64,000 nucleotides of DNA. Origin: an uncultured Acidobacteriota bacterium (GTDB lineage Bacteria > Actinomycetota > Acidimicrobiia > Spongiisociales > ZC4RG35). The position numbers and the translations under genes are program-made. This document shows, one piece after another, positions 16,703-27,418 of the stretch. A model generated the notes under the pieces. The model had not been told where the DNA came from. It saw only the letters and a list, made by a program, of their open reading frames with translations, and did no database searches. Each line of letters opens with the position of its first letter. The first letter of the stretch is position 1. Location: assembly GCA_963749415.1 (NCBI GenBank), contig CAVVMG010000001.1, positions 1,806,765 through 1,870,764 of the forward strand, read 5' to 3'.

Positions 16703-18564
16703 ACATCACGTTCTTGAGAATGAGGCCGGCCGAGTCCCTCGCCGAGCCCGCTGCCGCAAGCCGGCGTCGAGAGGGGACCACGACCATCGAGATGTCGAGC
16801 CCGACCGATTCCGACCTGGCAGCGGCCGCGGCGGGCGGGGTCCTCAGTACCTCCTCCACGGTGGGCGGCACCGAGCCCGCGGGCTGGGTGGTGACCCCAG
16901 AGGCTGCCCTGGCTCTGGCCCGCGAGGGCGTGCCGGGTTGGCGGATCACCGTCGTTGCCGACGGGGACAGGGAGGCCGTGCTCGACTCCCTGGCCCGATC
17001 GCGTGCCGCCTTCATTCGAGCCAGCCGGTCCCATGTCGAGGAAGTGGCGGCCCTGGCATCCCTCCCGGGGATCGACACCTCGGTCTCCGTCTTCGTCGAC
17101 GATGTGGAACAGGCTGTCCGGGCCATCGACCTCGGAGCGACCGACCTCCTGCTCAGGGATTGGGACGTGGAGCGTCTCGGGGAGCTCCGCGAGGCCCTTC
17201 CCGGCCATCTCCTCATCGAGCGCACCGCTTTCCCGCCTGGCCTCGAGATCGACGATGCCAGGGAGCGCTTGCCCGCAGCCTCCTTCACCACTTGGCTCTC
17301 TCTGGTAGATGGCTCCGGGGTGGCCCGCCCCCGGTACGAATGGGCACCAGGCAAGGACATGGAGCCACCGGTACCCGACGATCGCCTATCTGCGGAATGG
17401 ATGGACCGCGCTTGGGTCGGAGGCCCTGCCGGCTCCGATCTGAAAGCGGCGGGACAGCTCCAGCCGATCCTGGAACGGTCGCGGGAAGGCATCCGCCCGA
17501 GCATTGCTGAGGTCGAGGCCCTGTTCCGGGGGCGGGGAGGACAGGTGGACGCAATCGCCCGGGTCGCCGACGAGCTCCGGGAGCGCGCCGTCGGGGACAC
17601 GGTCACCTATGTGGTCAACCGGAACATCAACTACACCAACCTCTGCTACTTCAAATGCGGGTTCTGCGCCTTCTCCAAGGGGCCAAAGAGCTTGAACCTC
17701 CGTGGCGAGCCCTACCTGATGGGGATGGATGAGATCGTCGGCAACGCTCGAGAAGCCTGGGCGCGGGGGGCAACCGAAGTCACCCTCCAGGGTGGGATTC
17801 ACCCTGACTTCACCGGGAACTTCTACGTCGACGTCGTGCGCTCGATCAAGGCGGAGCTCCCCGAGATGCACATTCACGGCTTTACCCCTCTCGAGGTGTG
17901 GCAAGGAGCCCACACGCTGGGGATCCCGGTGAAGACGTTTCTCGAGGAGTTGAAGGAGGCCGGGCTCGGGACCCTTCCCGGCACCGCGGCGGAGATCCTC
18001 GATGACGACGTCCGTGCCCATCTCTGCCCGGACAAGATCAGGACCTCAGAGTGGGCCGAGGTCATGATCACTGCGCACGAGATGGGGCTGCGCGCCACCT
18101 CGACGATCATGTTCGGTCACATCGACCACCCGCGCTCCTGGGCGAGGCACCTCGATGTGATCGCCCGGATCCAGCAGCGGACCGGGGGGTTCACCGAGAT
18201 GGTTCCGCTCCCATTCGTCCACATGGGCTCGCCGATCTACCTGAGGGGGAGGGCCAGGCCCGGCCCGACCTGGGACGAGGTCGTGTTGATCCATGCCGTC
18301 TCCCGGATCGCCCTCGACGGGTTGGTGCCCAACATCCAGGCCTCCTGGGTCAAGCTCGGCCTCGACGGTGGGCGACGCCTCCTCGATGCCGGTTGCAACG
18401 ACCTCGGTGGGACCCTGATGGGCGAGATCATCACCAGGTCGGCCGGTGCGGCCCACGGTCAGGAAGTGACCCCTGAGCAGTTCCGTGAGGCGATCGAGGC
18501 GGCGGGGCGGGTGCCGGCGTTGCGGTCGACTACCTACGAGCTCCTCGAGCTGAAGCAGACCTGA
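16699..18564 (+). CDS. cofH: FO synthase subunit CofH with an unusual N-terminal extension of about 240 aa
   Basis: The C-terminal 380 aa are a typical CofH (VNRNINYTNLCYFKCGFCAF radical-SAM motif). The N-terminal 240 aa are protein-like, with an alternating beta/alpha pattern (VSVFVDDVEQAVRAIDLGATDLLL), and have no obvious counterpart in canonical CofH. Confidence 0.75.
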   Translation: MNITFLRMRPAESLAEPAAASRRREGTTTIEMSSPTDSDLAAAAAGGVLSTSSTVGGTEPAGWVVTPEAALALAREGVPGWRITVVADGDREAVLDSLARSRAAFIRASRSHVEEVAALASLPGIDTSVSVFVDDVEQAVRAIDLGATDLLLRDWDVERLGELREALPGHLLIERTAFPPGLEIDDARERLPAASFTTWLSLVDGSGVARPRYEWAPGKDMEPPVPDDRLSAEWMDRAWVGGPAGSDLKAAGQLQPILERSREGIRPSIAEVEALFRGRGGQVDAIARVADELRERAVGDTVTYVVNRNINYTNLCYFKCGFCAFSKGPKSLNLRGEPYLMGMDEIVGNAREAWARGATEVTLQGGIHPDFTGNFYVDVVRSIKAELPEMHIHGFTPLEVWQGAHTLGIPVKTFLEELKEAGLGTLPGTAAEILDDDVRAHLCPDKIRTSEWAEVMITAHEMGLRATSTIMFGHIDHPRSWARHLDVIARIQQRTGGFTEMVPLPFVHMGSPIYLRGRARPGPTWDEVVLIHAVSRIALDGLVPNIQASWVKLGLDGGRRLLDAGCNDLGGTLMGEIITRSAGAAHGQEVTPEQFREAIEAAGRVPALRSTTYELLELKQT

Positions 18565-18569
18565 GCTAG

Positions 18570-19592
18570 CTAGCGCCAGCCGAGCTCTGGTGCCACATAG
18601 GTCAGGATGCTCTCCAGCGCGTGGGCGTTGTATTCGACCCCGAGCTGGTTGGGAACGGTCAGCAACAGCGTGTCCGCGGCGGCGATCGCTTCGTCCTCTG
18701 CCAACTGCTTCACGAGGACATCCGGCTCGGCGGCATAAGAGCGACCGAAGATCGCCCTTGTGTTCTCGTCGATGAAGCCGATCTGGTCGTCGCTCTCCTG
18801 TCGGCTCCCGAAGAAGGCGAAGTCACGCTCGTCGACCAGTGCGAAGATGCTGCGACTCACCGACACCCTCGGCTGGCGCCCGTGCCCTGCTGCTTTCCAA
18901 GCCTCGAGGTATGCCTCGATTTGCTTCCGCTGTTGTATGTGCAGCGGCTCACCGCTCTCGTCGAACTTCAGGGTCGAGCTCTGCAGGTTCATCCCCACAT
19001 TGGCGGCCCACACCGCGGTCGAATTCGAACCGGACCCCCACCAGATCCGGTCCCGTAGTCCGGGGGAATGAGGCTCGATGCGAAGCAGCCCTGGTGGGTT
19101 GGGGAACATCGGCCGCGGGTTGGGCTGGGCGAAACCCTCACCCTCGAGCAATTCGAGGAAGACCTCGGTGTGGCGCCGGGCCATGTCGGCATCGCTCTCG
19201 CCCTCCTGTGGCCGGTGTCCGAAGTGGAGGTACCCGTCGATCACCTGCTCCGGTGACCCCCGGCTGATGCCCAACTGGAGCCGGCCGCCGGCTATGACGT
19301 CGGCCGCGCCGGCGTCCTCCACCATGTAATGCGGGTTCTCGTAACGCATGTCGATGACGGCGGTGCCGATCTCGATCTTGCTGGTGCGGGCCCCGATGGC
19401 GGCGAGGAGCGGGAATGGCGAGCCGAGCTGTTGGGCGAAGTGGTGAACCCGGAAATAGGCACCGTCGACGCCGAGCTCCTCGGCAGCCACGGCCAGCTCG
19501 ATCGATTGGAGCAATGAGTCCTGGGCCGACCGAACCAGCGAGTACGGCGTCGACGACCAGTGGCCGAACGAAAGGAACCCGATCTTCTTCAC
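18570..19592 (-). CDS. LLM-class flavin/F420-dependent oxidoreductase (luciferase-like monooxygenase)
   Basis: 340 aa. TIM-barrel LLM family signature blocks. Confidence 0.8.
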   Translation of the reverse strand: MKKIGFLSFGHWSSTPYSLVRSAQDSLLQSIELAVAAEELGVDGAYFRVHHFAQQLGSPFPLLAAIGARTSKIEIGTAVIDMRYENPHYMVEDAGAADVIAGGRLQLGISRGSPEQVIDGYLHFGHRPQEGESDADMARRHTEVFLELLEGEGFAQPNPRPMFPNPPGLLRIEPHSPGLRDRIWWGSGSNSTAVWAANVGMNLQSSTLKFDESGEPLHIQQRKQIEAYLEAWKAAGHGRQPRVSVSRSIFALVDERDFAFFGSRQESDDQIGFIDENTRAIFGRSYAAEPDVLVKQLAEDEAIAAADTLLLTVPNQLGVEYNAHALESILTYVAPELGWR

Positions 19593-19628
19593 ACGGCGCC
19601 TTCTTGCTGGATTGGCAGACCCTCGACG

Positions 19629-22600
19629 CTACCCCCGATAGGACAAACCTCTGGGCGCCGTCGCAAAGCCCCACTCGCCCAGGACGGGGGCGATGGGGGA
19701 AGCAGTTGCCGAGCCGCCGTTCACGGTGGTCAGGGTGGTCCGCCGGTGACGGCCGGCGATCTCGGAGAGGCCTCTCCCGATGACTCCATACAACTCGGGC
19801 TCGGCAACCAACAGGCTGAGGCTCTTTCGACCCCGTTCCACGAACCCGACGAGCCTTCCGCCGTAGAGGAGGACATAGGCTCCTGCATCACGCGCCAGCC
19901 GTGTGGTTCCTGCCTCGGGCCAAGCGATTTCCGCTCCATACGGGTTGGCTGGATCCGTGGCGGCCAACACCACCAGCTCGGGTTCGACCTCGCGGCGGAG
20001 GCGGTCTACCGCTCCGGGTAGTGCGAACTGTGATCCTCCGAGCCCCTCTACGAAGTACCCGCGGCGGATTCGCCCCGTTTCCTCGAGATGAGAGAACACT
20101 GGATACAGGGCGCTGAACCCGCCGGGGTAGCCCTCAGCGAGCACTGTGCCCCTCGTGACCAGCCCATGGCGGTCGAGCAGGAGATGGGCCCACGCCGCCT
20201 TGCGCTCGGTGTCGGTGGGAGCGTGATGTGTCAGATGGGCGGTCAGAGACCAGCGGCCGCCGGCATGGGCCGGGAACCGATTGGAGATCGAAGGGCGGCC
20301 CGAGGAGCGGCTCTTTCGGGCGCCGATGAAGGCCCGCACCGGCTCTAGTGTGTCGTTGGTCACATGACCGGACCAGACCAGGTCCCAGAGCCGGTCCAGG
20401 GTCGCCTCCGCGTCGCCTCCTCCGGAGCCCTCGTAGATGTCGCGGAAGAAGCTCGCGCCTCGGTTGTCGAGGACCTCCACGATCGTGGCATGTTCCTTGG
20501 TGTCGGGGAGTCCCTCCGGGCCTCTCCATAGGTCGTCCAGTGACTCCCGGGGAAACAACCCGATCCTGCCGTCATTGGTCCCGGACGCCCCGAGGCCGAT
20601 CCATACCAAAGAGCCCTCGAGCAAGAGCCTGTCGAGTCCTGGGCCGGGGTCCACGACACGTGAGCCCAAAACGTCACGTTCCAGCACGGATGCCGGGATC
20701 GGAGCAGCTGCCAGGCGGCCCACCGCTACGTCCAGGGCATTCTTGCCCCGAGGTGGATCCGAGCTCACCCCCTGCCAGGCCACTGCGAAGCGGGCAAGGG
20801 CGTGGTGGTCGACGGCCTCGATCTCGCTGCGCAGCATTGCAAGAGAGCGTCTCTTGAGCCGTCTGAGCACTTCCCGGTCGACCCACTCCCGACCTGCCCC
20901 ACCCGGTCGGAAGGCACCGGCATCAACACGGCCCGAGTCGCCGAGGACCTGCAATGCGGTTTCGACCACGGCGGGTGGCAGTCCCAGGGCGGCGCTCGCC
21001 TCTCCGGACGGTGAATGGCCCGTGTGTCCGGGCGTACCGCCCTACCAGATCGCCGAGCGGGTCGAGCACGGGCTCGAGGAACACGTGGGCGACTCCGGCC
21101 GGGGGCTGTACCCCGAGACCATCCCGGAGTCGCGACATGTCTTCGACAGCGGCCCATCTCGCCTCGCCACCCATGACCACCTCGATGACCCGCCGTCCGG
21201 CTTCGAGCCCTGCGAGGGAATCGATCACATCGAGGTCTCTGGACCTGACCTCGATGTCGTTCGTGGTCAGGGGGCCGAGGTCTCGCAGGAGGTCATGGAC
21301 GGCATCGACGGTCGAAGCCCGCCGGTTGTCGGTGAGATGCTGCAGCTCGAGCTCGACCGCGGCCACGACCTCGGGGTCGATCAGGTCCCTCAGTTCCCCC
21401 TCCCCGAGCAGCTCGCGAAGCAGTTCACGGTCGAGGGTGAGCGCTGCCGCCCGGCGCTCGGCCAGCGGGGCGTCGCTCTCGTAGAGGTATGCGGCCACGA
21501 AGGCGAAGAGGAGCGAGGAGGCAAACGGGCTGGGCCCACTGGTGTCGACCTGCGCTACCCGAATCCGCCGCGCTCTGATGTCGGAGAGAACTTCCTGAAG
21601 AGCGGGGAGGTCGAAGTCGTCCTGGAGGATCTCCCGATAGACCTCGAGGATCATGGGGAAGGTGCCGAATTGCTTGGCGACGCCGAGAAGATCGGCGGAC
21701 CGGCGCCTCTGGAGCCATAGTGGCGTGCGCTCTCCAGGTCGACGACGGGGAAGGAGCAACGAACGGCCTGCGGCCTCCCTGAACCGTGCGGCAAACAGAG
21801 CGGTGTCGCCGAGGTGCTCGATGAGGGCCGCCTCGACATCCTCGGGCTCGAGCACCAGGTCGGAAGAGTCAGGCGGCTGGTCGGAGTCGGGGAAGCGGAA
21901 CGCGATGCCATCGTCGCTCCAGACCACGTCGACGTCGGTCCCGTGGCGCGCCCGAAACCGATGGCGAAGCGCCATCGCCCATGGAGCGTGGACCCTGGCC
22001 CCCAGGGGCGAGAGGAGGACCAGGCGCCAGTCACCGATCTCGTCCCGGAACCTCTCGACGACCAGGGTCTGATCGGTGGGCAGCAGGCCGGTTTCCTCCT
22101 TCTCGTCGTTGACATAGGCAAGGAGATTCCCGGCTGCCAGGTCGTCCAGATGATGCTCGTTGCGGAGCCGGGCCTCTGCCTCCTCGGAGCCGAGCCGGGA
22201 GATCTCGCGGACGAAGCGCCCGATGGCCTTTCCGGTATCCAGTGAGCGACCCATCATGTCCCCGTGCCAGAACGGCATCCGTGCCGTTGCGTCGGCCGGT
22301 GCCGGGACCACCTCGACGCTGTCGTGGGTGATCCGGTTGATCCGCCATGAGCTGGAGCCGAGAAGGAAAGTGTCGCCCTCCCTGGACTCATACACCATTT
22401 CCTCGTCGAGCTCGCCGACCTTGCTCCCATCGGGCAGGGCGACCCTGTAGAGGCCGCGGTCGGGGATCGTCCCCCCATTGGTCACCGCGAGTTGGCGGGA
22501 GCCGGGCCGGGCTGTCAGCTCGCCGGTCACCCGGTCCCAATTGATGCGGGGCCTGAGCTCGGCGAAGAGATCAGATGGATAGCGGCCGGCGAGCATGTCG

Positions 22601-24000
22601 AGCGTCGCCTCGAACACGGCTCTGCTCAGGTCGGAGTAGGGGGAGGCCCGACGCACCAGGTCGTACAGCCCGTCGGCGTGGGTGGGGGCGCCCACCACTT
22701 CGGCAACGATCTGTTGTGCCAGGACGTCGATGGGGTTGGCGGGCACCCGGGTCAGTTCCACCCTGCGCTCGGCCATCTCCGCGGCGATGACTGTGGCCAC
22801 CAACAGGTCTCCCCGGTGCTTGGGAAACAGACGGGCCCGGGACACCCCCTCCACTTGGTGCCCGGAGCGTCCGACCCGCTGCAGGCCCGAGGCCACCGAC
22901 GTTGGAGCTTCGACCTGGATGACCAGATCGACCGCCCCCATGTCGATTCCGAGCTCCAAGGAAGAGGTGGCGACCACCGCTTTCAACTCTCCTCGTTTCA
23001 GTGACTCTTCGATTTGGAGCCGCTGTTCCCTGGCGACCGAGCCGTGATGGGCCCGCGCCACCTCGGATCCGGCGAGATTGTTGATCTCGGCACAGATTCG
23101 CTCCGCCAGCCGTCGCGAGTTGGCGAAGACGATGGTGCTGGTGTGCCGCTCTATCTCCTCGAGGAGCCGGGGATAGATGGCAGGCCACATGGAGCGGGTG
23201 GTGGCCTGCTCCGGGTCGAGTGGGTCGGGCTCTCCGGGCTCCGTCATGTCCTCGACGGGCACCACGATCTCGATGTCCATCTCCCGGCTCTGGGGAATGT
23301 CGACGATGGTCACCGGGCGAGGTGACCACCGGTCGCCATCGACCAAGCCTCCTCCCAGAAAGCGCCCGATGGCGTCGAGCGGCCGCTGGGTCGCCGAGAG
23401 CCCGATCCGCTGGGGAGGGGTGTCGGCGATCTCCTCGAGACGCTCGAGGGACAGGGCGAGATGAGCACCGCGTTTGGTCCCGGCGATGGCGTGAACCTCG
23501 TCGACGATCACCCATCGGACCGAGCGGAGTGTGCTGCGGGCCGCGGAAGTGAGGATCAGGTACAGCGACTCCGGTGTGGTGATCAGGATGTCCGGCGGCT
23601 GGCGAGCCATCCGCTGGCGATCTTCGGGCGGGGTGTCCCCGGTGCGGAGAAACGTCGATAGCTCCGGGAGAGGCTCGGAATGGAGTCGGGTCGCCGCGTG
23701 GCGGATGCCGGCCAGCGGTGCTCGCAGGTTGCGCTCGACGTCATGGGCGAGAGCCTTGAGCGGTGACACGTAGAGGACGCGGCATCGGGCACTCTTCTCA
23801 GGCAGGGGCTCGGACAAGAGCCGGTCGAGGGTCCAGAGGAAAGCAGCGAGAGTCTTACCGGACCCGGTTGGGGCATGGATCAGCGTGTGCTCACCCCGGG
23901 CGATCGCCGGCCATCCCAAGGCCTGGGCCGGGGTTGGGAAAGGGAACGACGCCTCGAACCAGGTTCGCGTCGCCGGAGTGAAGGTTGCCAGCGCGTCCAC
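19629..24000 (-). pseudogene. lhr: ATP-dependent helicase Lhr (about 1480 aa), interrupted by an apparent 1-bp frameshift near plus-strand position 21010
   Basis: ORF 20923-24000 encodes the DExH helicase core (APTGSGKT, DEVH, Lhr WH domains). ORF 19629-20969 encodes the Lhr C-terminal domain. The reading frame switches within ...RTHGPFT|SGEASAALGLPPAVVETALQ...; translating the other frame restores a continuous Lhr alignment. Confidence 0.8.
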
Positions 24001-24061
24001 ACCGGCAAGGTATCAGCCAGGGAGGACAAGTTCGGTGGCGCCAAGGCGCCAGCCGATTCGT

Positions 24062-24646
24062 CTAGGCGGACATCTCCAGGGGGAGCCGATCGACCGCGGC
24101 CAGCTCGAGGAAGATCTCCACGACGGCCGGGTCGAACTGGGTGCCGGTGTGCTTGCGGATCTCGTTCACCGCGAACGAGACCGGCAAAGCGGGTTGGTAG
24201 GAGCGGGTGGAGGTCATCGCGTCGAAGGCGTCGGCGACCAACACGATGCGGGAGAGGATCGGGATCTCGCCGCCGGCGAGCCCGAATGGGTAGCCACGCC
24301 CGTCGAAACGCTCGTGGTGGTAGAGGATGGCCTCGGCGACCTTGGGGTCGAGCCGGTTGCGGGTCATCGCGAATCCCAACTCGGGGTGGCGCTGCATCAG
24401 CTCACGCTCGTTCTCGTCGAGGGGGCCGGGCTTGCCGAGGATGCCGGGATCGAGGTGGATCTTGCCCACGTCGTGAAGCACTCCGGCGAGAGCAAGTCGG
24501 TCGAGGTCGTCTTCACCGAGCCCCAGGCCGGAGCCCAGGTCCACCGCCAGATCGGAGACCCGATGGACGTGTCCATGGAGGTCCTCGATGACGTCCTCCA
24601 TCACCTTGATCAATATGTCGCTGGGCAGTTCTCTCATCACCATCAA
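24062..24646 (-). CDS. HD-GYP domain phosphohydrolase
   Basis: HD motif (LHDVGK) and a downstream GYP motif (GRGYPFG) in a protein of about 190 aa. Confidence 0.8.
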   Translation of the reverse strand: MMVMRELPSDILIKVMEDVIEDLHGHVHRVSDLAVDLGSGLGLGEDDLDRLALAGVLHDVGKIHLDPGILGKPGPLDENERELMQRHPELGFAMTRNRLDPKVAEAILYHHERFDGRGYPFGLAGGEIPILSRIVLVADAFDAMTSTRSYQPALPVSFAVNEIRKHTGTQFDPAVVEIFLELAAVDRLPLEMSA

Positions 24647-24736
24647 CCAGGTGCGAAGTCTGCCCAGTTGCGCCCTCCGTGGTATGGGTCGCAGGGACTA
24701 ATCCTTTTTGAATGGGCCGCTAGACCCAGGCGCGGG

Positions 24737-25501
24737 TCACACCAGGCCGTGGCCTGTGGCGGCCTCGAAGAAGGCGGAGGCTCGGGCCTCGTCGACCGGT
24801 TGGCCCGGGTCGTTGTCCGCCTTGAGTGCCGAGCCGACGATGACCGTATCGGCGACTTCCAGCAACCGGCCCAGGTTCCCGGTCGTGGCGCCGGAGCCGA
24901 CGACAACCCTCGTCCCCTTGGGGACCGCGCCGGCAATGGCGGCCGCTTCCTCCAGATCGGGCTCGGCTCCCGTCCCCGAACCCGACACGATCACCGCATC
25001 GGCCAGGCCCCTCTCCACTGTGTCTCTTGCCGCCTGCTCGGCGGTGAGCCCCGATGGGGGAGTGGCATGCTTGACCAGCACGTCGGCCCAGATCTCAGCT
25101 TCGGGGGCGAGCGCGGCGCGACGCCGGAGCAACTCCGCCGCCTTGCCCACGATCGGCCCCTGATCGGTGTACATGACACCGGTGAGAACGTTGACCCGGA
25201 TGAATCGGGCCCCGGTGACGGCGGCGATGCCGAGTGCTGCGAGCGCATCATTGCGCAGGACATTGACCCCCACCGGCAGCGAGGTTTCCGCCTGCACGGC
25301 TGCGACAGCCAGGGTGAGCCCGGCGACTGTCTCGCTTTCGACGCCATCGGCGTGGAAAGGGGCGTCACCGAAGTTCTCGACGAGAAGGGCTGGGAATCCG
25401 GATCGCTCGAGTGTTGCCGCGTCGGAGCGAGCGGCGTCGAGCACCTGGCCCATCGAGCCGCCGAAGCGGGGTGACCCGGGGAGAGGCAAGAGATGGACCA
25501 T
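24737..25501 (-). CDS. BtpA/SgcQ family protein (TIM barrel)
   Basis: Conserved BtpA blocks (VENFGDAPF, NVLRND, GARFIRVNVLTG). Internal ATG start with a GGTGGGG RBS; the upstream table extension is Gly/Pro-rich. Confidence 0.65.
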   Translation of the reverse strand: MVHLLPLPGSPRFGGSMGQVLDAARSDAATLERSGFPALLVENFGDAPFHADGVESETVAGLTLAVAAVQAETSLPVGVNVLRNDALAALGIAAVTGARFIRVNVLTGVMYTDQGPIVGKAAELLRRRAALAPEAEIWADVLVKHATPPSGLTAEQAARDTVERGLADAVIVSGSGTGAEPDLEEAAAIAGAVPKGTRVVVGSGATTGNLGRLLEVADTVIVGSALKADNDPGQPVDEARASAFFEAATGHGLV

Positions 25502-25524
25502 CCCCACCAGGTGGGGGAGCCCGC

Positions 25525-26262
25525 TCACAGATAGGCCTTGGCTACCTGAAGTGCTTTCTTGGCGAAGTCGCCCTGGGCAGTGAGGTGCGTGTGGTCCGCC
25601 TTGACCCGGCGTACCGCGACCCGGGCCCATTCGGACGCCGAGCCCTTGATCAGTTGATCGGTGTCGTCAGGGCCATAGACCCACTTGGCGTAGCCGGGGC
25701 CGATCACCTCGACCCGCACCGACTCGTAGTCCTCACCGGCTTCCTTGAAGGCGTGGGGGAGGGTCTTCCATCCCAGCCAGCAGACATGGCGGATCCGGGT
25801 CGTGTCCTCGACGTCGATACCCAGGGTCGCATAGATGTCCAGGCCCCGCGCCCAGGTCTCCATGAGCCGGTATGTGGCGAAAGTCCGAGCGCTCATGTCC
25901 CCGTCGATCCAATCGATCCGAGCTTCGGATCCCATGTGAGAAAGGGGCTCGACCACCTTGGCACGGCCACCCCGCCACCATTCGATGACGTCCTGAGGGC
26001 GCATCCCACGCCCCTTCTTGATCGCCACTTTCTTCAGGGCCTCGAGGTCGGGGGCGTTCCGCCATGTTTGGATCTTGTCCCCACCCGCGATGGAGTCGGC
26101 GGCCAGCTCCTCGAAGTCGGCGAGATGAGCGATGGTGTCACGTACCGTCCAGGGCTTCGAGGGCGTGACCATGTCCCAGATCTTGATCGGGATCCTCTGC
26201 AGGGACTGATCCAGGAATTGCTGCTCGGCTACCAGGTCGGAGAGGATGTCGCGCACCCTCAA
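25525..26262 (-). CDS. TIGR03084-like / maleylpyruvate-isomerase N-terminal domain (DinB_2/MDMPI) family protein
   Basis: 245 aa, actinobacterial-specific family. HLADFEE metal-binding-like N-terminal helix bundle. Confidence 0.55.
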   Translation of the reverse strand: MRVRDILSDLVAEQQFLDQSLQRIPIKIWDMVTPSKPWTVRDTIAHLADFEELAADSIAGGDKIQTWRNAPDLEALKKVAIKKGRGMRPQDVIEWWRGGRAKVVEPLSHMGSEARIDWIDGDMSARTFATYRLMETWARGLDIYATLGIDVEDTTRIRHVCWLGWKTLPHAFKEAGEDYESVRVEVIGPGYAKWVYGPDDTDQLIKGSASEWARVAVRRVKADHTHLTAQGDFAKKALQVAKAYL

Positions 26263-26306
26263 ATGTTAGCCCTCACCCGGAAACTAATCCCAGGGGGAAA
26301 CACCCG

Positions 26307-27389
26307 TCACCAGGGTCTTTCGGCGTGCTCCTCCGTCATCGGTTCCGGCAGTTCGAAGGTCTCCGGTGTCCTCACCAGGTCGTTGAGATGGTCGATCAAT
26401 TGCCGTAGCCGCCCGAACTGGCGCCGATCGAAAACAAAAGAGATCCGGTCCAGATCCAGCGCGTCGCGGTCCTCCACCTCGGCGGGCGTGGGCTCGGCGC
26501 TCTCGATCTCCCCTTCCACCACCATGTCGCCGAACTCCCGGTTGAGGACCTGCAACTCCTCATCGCTCGGGCCGCGCATCAGGCGCAGGATGAGCTTGCC
26601 GCCCGCATACCGTTGGGACTGATAGTTGGCGTAGAAGTGCCAGATGTGCTCGCAGGCCTCGACCGGGTCGGTGGTGTGATGGAAGAGGGCCTGGTCGGGC
26701 TCGGAGATCAGCCCCCGCTTCAGCTGCTCGTCCTCGATGAAGCCCATCAGAGGCTCCCAGTATCCGGTGTGTGGGGCCTCGAGCAGCACGATCGGGTGCA
26801 CATCGCTCTTCCCGGTCTGGATCAGAGTGAGCAGCTCGAAGGTCTCGTCGAGGGTGCCCCACCCACCGGGGAGGATGGCGAAGGCATGGGACTCCTTGAC
26901 GAAGGCCAGCTTCCTGGTGAAGAAGTACTTGAAGTTGACGGTGCGCGCCTCATCGAGGTAGCGGTTGCCCATGGCTTCGAACGGGAGCCGGATGCTGACC
27001 CCGAAGGAGTTCTCCTTGCCCGCGCCTCGGGTCCCGGCCTCCATGATCCCGGGCCCGGCCCCGGTGATGACCCCCCAACCCCGGGTCACTATCCGTGACG
27101 CGAAATCCTCGGCGACGCGGTAGTTGGGGTCGACTTCGGTGATTCGCGCCGATCCGTAGATGGTCACCTTCGGCTCGCGATGCCTGGAGAACACCAGGTT
27201 GGAGTACCTCATCTCCTTGAGGGCGGTGTTCATCATCTTCAGGTCGGCCCGGCTCGCCGAGTCGCGGTGGAGCTTGAGGACTGTGGTCACCAACTCCGCG
27301 ATCAGGTCCTGGTTCTGATTGTCGGAGACCGCCGCAACCAGCTCCCGGACCCGGGCGTCGAGCTCGGGGTTGCCCAGGTCGTAGGCCAT
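26307..27389 (-). CDS. LOG family protein (TIGR00730; type II, extended, PpnN/cytokinin-riboside-5-prime-monophosphate phosphoribohydrolase-like)
   Basis: Central LOG signature PGGWGTLDE plus GxGxxG Rossmann motifs, with N- and C-terminal extensions totalling 360 aa. Confidence 0.75.
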   Translation of the reverse strand: MAYDLGNPELDARVRELVAAVSDNQNQDLIAELVTTVLKLHRDSASRADLKMMNTALKEMRYSNLVFSRHREPKVTIYGSARITEVDPNYRVAEDFASRIVTRGWGVITGAGPGIMEAGTRGAGKENSFGVSIRLPFEAMGNRYLDEARTVNFKYFFTRKLAFVKESHAFAILPGGWGTLDETFELLTLIQTGKSDVHPIVLLEAPHTGYWEPLMGFIEDEQLKRGLISEPDQALFHHTTDPVEACEHIWHFYANYQSQRYAGGKLILRLMRGPSDEELQVLNREFGDMVVEGEIESAEPTPAEVEDRDALDLDRISFVFDRRQFGRLRQLIDHLNDLVRTPETFELPEPMTEEHAERPW

Positions 27390-27418
27390 GATGCGACGTT
27401 ATACGGCGTTGCGCTCTC

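Noticed and set aside
16599-17606. 335-aa minus-strand ORF and a 190-aa plus-strand ORF (16938-17510) inside the cofH N-terminal extension
   Set aside because: Ser/Arg/Pro-rich low-complexity translations. The cofH frame there has a balanced, protein-like composition.
20437-25474. Several ORFs of 300-530 aa (20437-21720+, 22571-23515-, 23885-25474+, 24991-25368-) overlapping lhr, HD-GYP and BtpA
   Set aside because: Antisense or off-frame to genes with clear family signatures, and Arg/Gly/Pro dominated.
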